A stretch of DNA of 22,882 bases from Candidatus Krumholzibacteriia bacterium (GTDB taxonomy: Bacteria > Krumholzibacteriota > Krumholzibacteriia > WVZY01), in NCBI GenBank assembly GCA_036478295.1, contig JAZGDW010000019.1:1-22882 (forward strand), given 5' to 3'. This document shows positions 9,363 to 15,999 of this stretch, one piece after another. The notes under the pieces were generated by a model. It saw only the letters and a program-made list of their open reading frames with translations. It searched no databases and was not told where the DNA came from. Position 1 is the first letter of the stretch; every line of letters starts with the position of its first letter. Both the position numbers and the translations under genes were made by a program.

Positions 9363-9449
9363 GAAAAGACCGGTAGTGACAAAACCTTACCATAGCGTGT
9401 CCCAACGAAAAAGACCCGTACTCTGGAACGTCAACCGAGAGAGTGAGTT

Positions 9450-11315
9450 ATGAAAAAAACCATCGCGGTGCTTTGCCTTTATGTCGTCCTGGGTTTGGGG
9501 TGCTCGTCGGGTGGTGACATTTCCAGGCACGCCCGCAGGGCAGCCACAGGGACCCCGGAGACCCGGTCCGACCGGACACAGCCGATGGACGAGGCCGAAC
9601 TGGGCAGATTCCGGACGGTCGTCGACTCCGCTGAGGCCATCTTCGATTTTGGTGCTGTGGGCGATTTCCTCACCCTGCGGGATTCTCTGGCCGAATATTT
9701 AGAATCGATCGCAAAGAACAATCCATCAATACGTTCCGACCCGGACTTCGAGCGAATTCTCAAGAGTCTTGAGGCGCTGGATTCTCTGGGGATCGTCAAG
9801 GCCTATGCGCGTCCCAGCCCGAGCGAAATGGACAGTCTTGCGTTGACCATCCAGCAGTGGCCGGAGTACGACAGTGCCCAGGCCGAAATGAGTGATTTCT
9901 CGTTCAGCGACACGCTGTTCCCCATCATCGAAAACAGTCGTATCGATTTCTGGCTGCGGTATTTCACCGGCCCGGGTAAAGAGCGCTTTGGACGTTACCT
10001 GTACCGTCTCGAGCTGCACCGGCCGACCGTGGAGCCCATCCTGGCCGAGATCGGCGTACCGGGAGAGCTGATCTGCGTACCGTTGATCGAGAGCGGCTTC
10101 AATCTCAAGGCACGCTCGCGCGCTCGCGCCGTGGGCCCCTGGCAATTCGTCGCGGGCACCGCCCGCATTTACGGCCTTCGTGTGAACTGGTGGTACGACG
10201 AGCGCCGGGACATCGTCGCGTCCACCTACGCGGCGGCCAATTACCTCAAAGACCTCTACTCGATATGGCACTCGTGGCCGCTCGCCCTCGCCTCGTACAA
10301 CTGCGGCGAGTACCGGGTGGCCCGCGCGGTCGCACGTCACAAGACGACCAATTTCTGGAAGCTCAAGCTGCCCAAGCAGACGGAGCGTTATTTTCCGAAG
10401 TTTCTCGCGACCCTCTACATCCTGCGCGACCCGGAGAAATACGGTTTTACGATTCCCAAGGTGCAGCCGATCGAGTTCGATGAGGTGCAGATAAAGGACG
10501 CCACCGACTTGAAGGTCATCGCGCGTTCGGCAAACACGACGGTCGACGGTCTGCGCGACCTCAATCCCGCGCTGCGGCGCTGGAGCACCCCGCCCAAAAT
10601 GGAGATCCAGCTCAAGGTCCCGATGGGCATCGGCAAGGTGTGCAGCGCAAAACTCGCCGCAATACCGCCGAGCGAGCGTATCACCTGGAGAAAGCATCGT
10701 ATCCGCAAGGGAGAAACCCTGTCGGTAATCGCCTCCCGTTACGGCACGTCGATATCCGCGCTGAAACAGCTCAACGGCATCCGCAACGCGCACCGTATCC
10801 GTGAGGGCAAGAGCCTCATCGTGCCCATCAAGGGACCGTTCGTAGAGACGGCGAGTACCAAGCCGCAGTACAAGACAAAACGCCGCAACCTCAACAGGAA
10901 GGCGATGGACAAATACGCGCAGAAATACGCGCCGCCGGCGAACCACAAGCGCGTCGTCTACCGGGTCAAGTCACGTGATACGCTGGGAGAGATCGCGGAA
11001 GTCTTTCGCACCAGCGCGAGGAAGATCCGTCGCTGGAACAACCTGGCCTACCGCTCCTACATCCACCCGGGGCAGAAACTCGTCATCTACGTGCCGGACG
11101 CCTTCAACGTCTCGAAGATCTCCTCGACGGAGGCCGCAAGACCGACCTCCAGGGACTACGTCAAGCACAAGTATGTCGTCAAGAGGGGCGATACGATGTA
11201 CTCGATCAGCAAGCGCTACAAAGTGAACGTTTCCGATCTGCTCGCGTGGAACAACAGGACGTCGAGGTCCAAGATTTATCCCGGGCAGACTTTGGAAATC
11301 TGGCAGAAGAAGTAA
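9450..11315 (+). CDS. mltD: MltD-like membrane-bound lytic murein transglycosylase (lipoprotein, SLT + LysM repeats)
   Basis: Lipobox (LGLGC). SLT motifs IESGF, AVGPWQFVAGTA and ALASYNCG. Three clear LysM repeats (HRIRKGETLSVIA, YRVKSRDTLGEIA, YVVKRGDTMYSIS) plus a degenerate one. Confidence 0.9.
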   Translation: MKKTIAVLCLYVVLGLGCSSGGDISRHARRAATGTPETRSDRTQPMDEAELGRFRTVVDSAEAIFDFGAVGDFLTLRDSLAEYLESIAKNNPSIRSDPDFERILKSLEALDSLGIVKAYARPSPSEMDSLALTIQQWPEYDSAQAEMSDFSFSDTLFPIIENSRIDFWLRYFTGPGKERFGRYLYRLELHRPTVEPILAEIGVPGELICVPLIESGFNLKARSRARAVGPWQFVAGTARIYGLRVNWWYDERRDIVASTYAAANYLKDLYSIWHSWPLALASYNCGEYRVARAVARHKTTNFWKLKLPKQTERYFPKFLATLYILRDPEKYGFTIPKVQPIEFDEVQIKDATDLKVIARSANTTVDGLRDLNPALRRWSTPPKMEIQLKVPMGIGKVCSAKLAAIPPSERITWRKHRIRKGETLSVIASRYGTSISALKQLNGIRNAHRIREGKSLIVPIKGPFVETASTKPQYKTKRRNLNRKAMDKYAQKYAPPANHKRVVYRVKSRDTLGEIAEVFRTSARKIRRWNNLAYRSYIHPGQKLVIYVPDAFNVSKISSTEAARPTSRDYVKHKYVVKRGDTMYSISKRYKVNVSDLLAWNNRTSRSKIYPGQTLEIWQKK

Positions 11316-11328
11316 TGGGGACCGAGCG

Positions 11329-12360
11329 TCAAAAATTGACCAGCCCCGACACGCGGTGCGTGGACTCGAAGTCGTCGTGGTGCAGGTAGGCGTAATCGAA
11401 TCCCAGCGTACCAAACCGGAAACCCGCACCGGCTGTGGGGTTGCCGGCGTCGTAGCCGCCCCTCACCATAACCTTTTCCTGAAACTGTAACTCGCTGCCA
11501 AAATGAAGGTCGAGGCTGTAACGGTCGATCCATAGCTGGGACGCCTGCCTGCGGTCTTCGAAATAAAAATCCCCGTCGGCGACGAGCAGCAGCGCGCCGT
11601 TCAACGACGGCGAAATGATGTGGTAGGCGAGCCCGATCTTGACGGACGGTGCGATGAATTCGTTCGTTCCGCTGCTCCAGCTGATATACGTGCCGGTGAT
11701 GTCCTGCAGTTTCACACCCGCGTCGAGCCTTGGAAAACCAACGTTTCGGCGCAAGAACCCTATATCCAGGCCGACACCCGTGGCGCTAAAACCGTCGATG
11801 GCGTCCGTATAGATCAGCTTCAGCGTGCCGCCCAATCTTCCGTGCGACGTGCGCATGGCGTAGGTGGCGAACAGGGCGAAGTCATTGTTGCCCTCCATCG
11901 GAATGCCGCCCGACAGATCCAGTCTCTCCCCCAGCTCGGGCTCAAGCACCCCATTGCCGTTGTCGCCCAGGATCCGCAGATTGTTGGTTACGGGGATGTC
12001 GTCCACACCAAGGTGTATCAGCGCCAGCCCGAACGCCCCCTCGTGCTCCGCCGACTGGAACATCGTGGTGGGGCTTGTGAACGCTGCGAAGTTGTAATTG
12101 ATGAGATCGCCGAAACGTTCCGAATGCATGAACAGCGCCTGCCGTCTCTCGAACCCCGATATCCCGGCCGGATTCCAGAAGATGGCGGACGCGTCGGAAG
12201 CCACCGCGCAGTACGCACCTCCCAAGCCCAGGGCTCTGGCCCCGCCGCCCATCGCCATGAATTCCCCGGCGAATTTCTTCGCCGACGCGCGGAGCGGCCA
12301 TCCAGCGACGACGACGGTAAGCAACAAGATGGATGCAAGCTTTACGACTTTCAGGAACAT
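11329..12360 (-). CDS. PorV/PorQ-family (FadL-like) outer-membrane beta-barrel protein
   Basis: Signal peptide followed by the family-typical EFMAMGGGARALGLGGAY..ASDASAIFWNPAG, alternating beta-strands, FDYAY and a C-terminal Phe. Confidence 0.8.
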   Translation of the reverse strand: MFLKVVKLASILLLTVVVAGWPLRASAKKFAGEFMAMGGGARALGLGGAYCAVASDASAIFWNPAGISGFERRQALFMHSERFGDLINYNFAAFTSPTTMFQSAEHEGAFGLALIHLGVDDIPVTNNLRILGDNGNGVLEPELGERLDLSGGIPMEGNNDFALFATYAMRTSHGRLGGTLKLIYTDAIDGFSATGVGLDIGFLRRNVGFPRLDAGVKLQDITGTYISWSSGTNEFIAPSVKIGLAYHIISPSLNGALLLVADGDFYFEDRRQASQLWIDRYSLDLHFGSELQFQEKVMVRGGYDAGNPTAGAGFRFGTLGFDYAYLHHDDFESTHRVSGLVNF

Positions 12361-12449
12361 GGATGCCTCTGGGTTGGGGTCAATTTCCGATCAGCGGGCG
12401 CCTATTGCACAGGGCATCAGGGGGGAAATCATTGCAGACTACGGAGTAA

Positions 12450-12478
12450 AGTATATCGAACGGCCCGCGAACTGTCAA
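12450..12478 (-). promoter_or_regulatory. Sigma-70 promoter for the PorV/PorQ-family gene
   Basis: TTGACA-N17-TATACT on the minus strand. Confidence 0.8.
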
Positions 12479-12485
12479 AACTATT

Positions 12486-13964
12486 CTACACCAGCCCGTA
12501 CTCCTTTATCTTGCGGTACAGCGTCCTCTCCGATATGCCCAGCATGTCGGCCGCCCTGCGGCGGTTTCCGGCGCTGACCCGGAGGGCCCCCGCGATAGCC
12601 GACCGTTCCAGATGGGCGAGGTTCTGCACCGGAGCCGCCGCGCTCGCCCCCGTCGAGTGCACCTCACTGAGCGCGTCGAGCGGGCCACCGACCTGCTGCC
12701 GGCGCAGCATCGCCAGTATCTCGCGGACGTCGTGGTGGAGGGCCAGTATCGACGCGTAGATCATTTCGCGCTCGGCCTCGTCCTTCGAGCGGTGCAACGG
12801 CACGGGCAGCAGAGAGGACTCCGGCGACTGCCCGTCCGCGAGACGAGGGCCCACCACCTCGAGTGAAATGCGTCCGCCCGGGGAGAGCACGACCGCCGTG
12901 TCGATCAGGTTACGCAGCTCGCGGACGTTCCCGGGCCATGGGTTGTCGACGATCGCCTTAACGGCATCGCGGTCAATACCCTTCACGTCCTTGTGATGGA
13001 CCGCATTGGCCCTGCGAATGAAATAGTCCACCATGAGTGGGATGTCCTCCGACCGTTCCCGCAACGGCGGCAAGTAGAAGCTCACGCCCTTGAGCCGGTA
13101 GTAAAGGTCCTGGCGGAAGGAGCCCTGAGCGACGGCGGCGCTGAGAGTACGGTTCGTGGCGGCGATCACCCGGACGTCCACCTTGAAGCTCTTTACACCA
13201 CCGACCCTGAGGACTTCACCGGATTCCAGGACTCGCAGCAGGCGCACCTGCATGTTCGGGCTCATATCTGCGACTTCGTCCAGGAAGATCGTCCCCCGGT
13301 GGGCCTGCTCGAATACGCCCGCGCGCTGGCTCACCGCGCCCGTAAAGGCCCCCTTTTCGTGGCCGAACAACTCGCTCTCCAGCACACCCTCCGCCAGCGA
13401 CGCGCAGTTGATGGCGATGAAGGGCCCGTCGCGCCGGCGACTGGCATTGTGAACCGCCTGGGCGATGACGTCCTTGCCGGTGCCGCTCTCGCCTTCGATG
13501 AGAATTGGTACCTCGGTCGGGGCCACCTGGAGGATGACCTCGAAAATCTCTTCCATCACCGGCGAGCGGCCCACGATCTCCGCCTCCGCCTTGAGCCGCG
13601 CCAGCGCGAGCCGGTGATCCACCGCGGCCTTCAGCGGTACGGGCTCCAGAGGTCGTTCGAAGTAGCCGTCGACGCCGTCGCGCTTCTCGCTGATCCGCAG
13701 GTCATCCGATTTCGGACCCCCGACGACCATGATGTCCACGGCGGGAAATCGCTTGCGAACCCGTTTGATCAGGGAGAGGTAGTTGCTTCCGGTCACCGAC
13801 TCGTCGAGCAGCAGAAAATTGGGGTGCGTCACCTGCGCGGAAAAAATCCTCTCGGGGGTGTCGAAGAGGACCACGCTCCATTGTTCGGGATCGATCTCCT
13901 GCAGAACCTGGCTAATTGTCGGGTCTTTGCTTGCCGCTAGTAGTTGTAGCTTTTTGGGGGTCAA
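12486..13964 (-). CDS. Sigma-54 enhancer-binding protein with a degenerate (pseudo-)receiver domain, AAA+ domain and Fis-type HTH
   Basis: Walker A GESGTGKD, ESELFGHEKGAFTGA, Walker B IFLDEV, FRQDLYYRL, WPGNVREL and HTH GNRRRAADMLGISERTLYRKI. TTG start. Confidence 0.93.
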   Translation of the reverse strand: MTPKKLQLLAASKDPTISQVLQEIDPEQWSVVLFDTPERIFSAQVTHPNFLLLDESVTGSNYLSLIKRVRKRFPAVDIMVVGGPKSDDLRISEKRDGVDGYFERPLEPVPLKAAVDHRLALARLKAEAEIVGRSPVMEEIFEVILQVAPTEVPILIEGESGTGKDVIAQAVHNASRRRDGPFIAINCASLAEGVLESELFGHEKGAFTGAVSQRAGVFEQAHRGTIFLDEVADMSPNMQVRLLRVLESGEVLRVGGVKSFKVDVRVIAATNRTLSAAVAQGSFRQDLYYRLKGVSFYLPPLRERSEDIPLMVDYFIRRANAVHHKDVKGIDRDAVKAIVDNPWPGNVRELRNLIDTAVVLSPGGRISLEVVGPRLADGQSPESSLLPVPLHRSKDEAEREMIYASILALHHDVREILAMLRRQQVGGPLDALSEVHSTGASAAAPVQNLAHLERSAIAGALRVSAGNRRRAADMLGISERTLYRKIKEYGLV

Positions 13965-13982
13965 TGACTTTCACCGAAAGCC

Positions 13983-14011
13983 ACAATAGGAACACCCTGA
14001 CATTTTGTCAA
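13983..14011 (-). promoter_or_regulatory. Sigma-70 promoter of the bEBP gene with an overlapping palindrome
   Basis: TTGACA-N17-TATTGT on the minus strand. A TGACA-TTT-TGTCA palindrome lies at 13998-14010. Confidence 0.65.
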
Positions 14012-14042
14012 TGCCTATTCACGGGCGTCCCCCCCATGGGCG

Positions 14043-14090
14043 CCGGCATACCGGGCGTGGCAAAGAGCCCCGCCCGGGACTGCCGGGTTT
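14043..14090. terminator. Long GC-rich hairpin immediately after the Fis-HTH gene stop (possible terminator)
   Basis: CCGGCA/TGCCGG, CCGGGCG/CGCCCGG and GGC/GCC stems. A T-tract follows only on the plus strand, so direction is unclear. Confidence 0.5.
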
Positions 14091-14356
14091 TAGGAATCGC
14101 TGTGCACGAGTTCTTGCTCGGTGCCGTGTTCCGATGTGCTGTCCAGATCTCGGTACAAGCGCAGCTTGTTGCGTATGGTTCTGACGCTGATTTCCAGGGT
14201 TTTCGCTGCGCGCGTTCGGTTCTGCGCGTTCTCGGCCAGCCGCTGCATGATCATCAGCCGTTCCATGTCGCGTACCGATCCGTAACGGAACACTCGCTCC
14301 ACGTCCGACAGATGGCTTTCCTCTGCCTCGTCCAGGAAAAAACGGTTCTCACTCAA
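14090..14356 (-). CDS. Stand-alone Fis-type HTH (bEBP DNA-binding-domain-like) small protein, about 88 aa
   Basis: SVRDMERLMIMQRLAENAQNRTRAAKTLEISVRTIRNKLRLY matches the HTH_8 pattern. TTG start at 14356 has GGAGGGAGG 8 nt upstream; the ORF-track GTG at 14401 lies between the -12 element and the predicted TSS. Confidence 0.8.
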   Translation of the reverse strand: MSENRFFLDEAEESHLSDVERVFRYGSVRDMERLMIMQRLAENAQNRTRAAKTLEISVRTIRNKLRLYRDLDSTSEHGTEQELVHSDS

Positions 14357-14403
14357 CGGGTCGCCTCCCTCCGGTTTGGGTTTCTCCAACACCACAGGCA
14401 CAC

Positions 14404-14420
14404 GGCAATCGATATGCCAG
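14404..14420 (-). promoter_or_regulatory. Sigma-54 (-24/-12) promoter for the stand-alone HTH gene
   Basis: Minus strand CTGGCATATCGATTGCC: GG(14418-14417)-N10-GC(14406-14405), with TGGCA and TTGC half-sites. Confidence 0.75.
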
Positions 14421-14586
14421 CAGGGGGAAAAATCATCCCCGGGATGAGGCTTTAGCGCGGTTGGGCCTACGAAGGCGTCTTCTGGGCGCGTGAGGGGTTG
14501 GGAGCGGCCTCGCTACCACGGGATCGGCGCCCGGATCCTGGCAAATATTTTTTCACTTCCAGGAGGCGGCAGCCGCCTGTGGTCAA

Positions 14587-15981
14587 CTATCGGTCGGCCG
14601 GGCCCTCGGCGGCGGCTCGCTCCGCCAGTTTGAGCTTCTCCCGCAGGGTCTGCCTGGATATACCGAGAATACCGGCGGCCTTCGACTTGTTGCCCTTGGT
14701 CTGGTCGAGCGTCTTGAGAATCTGAATCTGCTCGACCTCCTTGAGGGTCATTGGGAAGAACGAGGTCAACAGGTGCGCCGTCTTGTCTGAACCCTGCGCC
14801 GCGGGCGCCGCGTGGTAGATCTCGGACGGCAGGTGCTCGCTGAGGATCGCGTCCTCCGCGTCCAGCAACATCGCCCTCTCGATAACGTTCTTCAACTCGC
14901 GGACGTTCCCCGGCCAATCGTACTTGATGAGAATCTCCATGACTTCACGGGCCACCGGGTTGACATGTTTGCCGAGTTCATGGTTGAAGCGCTCAACGAA
15001 ATGATTGACGAGGAGCGGTACGTCCTCCCTGCGTTCGCGAAGCGGCGGCACGTGCAGGGGAATCACCTTGAGGCGGAAGTAGAGATCCTTGCGAAACATC
15101 TTTTCTTCGATTGCCGCTTCCAGGTTGCGGTTGGTCGCCGCCACGATCCGCGTGTTCACCCGCAGTTCCTGCACGCCGCCCACGCGTCTGAACGTCTTGT
15201 TTTCAATGACCCGCAGCAGTCTGGACTGCAGCGTGATCCCCATTTCCCCGATCTCATCCAGAAAAAGCGTCCCGCCCTCGGCCAGCTCGACCAGTCCCTT
15301 CTTGCGCACCTTTGCATCGGTGAACGCCCCTTTTTCGTAGCCGAAGAGTTCGCTCTCGAGCAGGGTTTCCGGCACAGAGGCGCAGTTTATTTCCATGAAA
15401 GGGCGTGGCTCGTTATAGCTACTCGCGTGTATCGTTCTCGCGACCAACTCCTTGCCGACACCGCTCTCACCCGTGATGAGAATGGTGCTTGCCTTGCTCT
15501 TTCCGATCTTTGCGAGCTTTTCGAATATGGCCGCCATCGGGGCGCTCTGGCCGATAAAATCGTTGTAGGCCTTCGAGACGCTTCGTTCCCTGAAATACGT
15601 GACTTCGCTCTTCAGGCGGTGCGCCTCCAGCGCGTTCGCGATGGTCACCTTCAACTTCTCCAGCGCAAAAGGTTTCAGCACAAAATCGTAGGCGCCGTTC
15701 TTCATCGCCTCGACCGCGGTTTCCACCTCGCCGTACGCCGTCATCATGATGACCGGCACGCTCCTGTCCGCCGCTTTGACTTTCTGGAGGATCTCGATGC
15801 CGTTTTCACCGGGCAGCTTGAGATCGACGAGGACGAGGTCGACTGCTCTCTCCTTGAAAATTCCTATACCCTTCTCACCGGTGTTCGCGTCGAGCACCTG
15901 GTAGCCGCTGTCCTTCAAGGCCTCACCCAGCGACCAGACAATTGTCTTCTCGTCATCAATGATCAGGATCAGCTTCGACAT
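14587..15981 (-). CDS. NtrC/AtoC-family sigma-54-dependent response regulator (REC-AAA+-HTH)
   Basis: Canonical REC (IIDDE, VLVDLKLPG, MMT, KPF), GESGVGKE, GAFTDA variant loop, LFLDEI, WPGNVREL and HTH GNKSKAAGILGISRQTLREKL. Confidence 0.95.
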   Translation of the reverse strand: MSKLILIIDDEKTIVWSLGEALKDSGYQVLDANTGEKGIGIFKERAVDLVLVDLKLPGENGIEILQKVKAADRSVPVIMMTAYGEVETAVEAMKNGAYDFVLKPFALEKLKVTIANALEAHRLKSEVTYFRERSVSKAYNDFIGQSAPMAAIFEKLAKIGKSKASTILITGESGVGKELVARTIHASSYNEPRPFMEINCASVPETLLESELFGYEKGAFTDAKVRKKGLVELAEGGTLFLDEIGEMGITLQSRLLRVIENKTFRRVGGVQELRVNTRIVAATNRNLEAAIEEKMFRKDLYFRLKVIPLHVPPLRERREDVPLLVNHFVERFNHELGKHVNPVAREVMEILIKYDWPGNVRELKNVIERAMLLDAEDAILSEHLPSEIYHAAPAAQGSDKTAHLLTSFFPMTLKEVEQIQILKTLDQTKGNKSKAAGILGISRQTLREKLKLAERAAAEGPADR

Positions 15982-15999
15982 TCCTCTCTCCCTTTCTGG

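Noticed and set aside
15310..15335. GAFTDA instead of GAFTGA in the REC-bEBP, considered as a sign of sigma-54 independence
   Set aside because: The critical Phe-Thr residues are retained, and GAFTDA is a common natural variant in NtrC/AtoC-type proteins.
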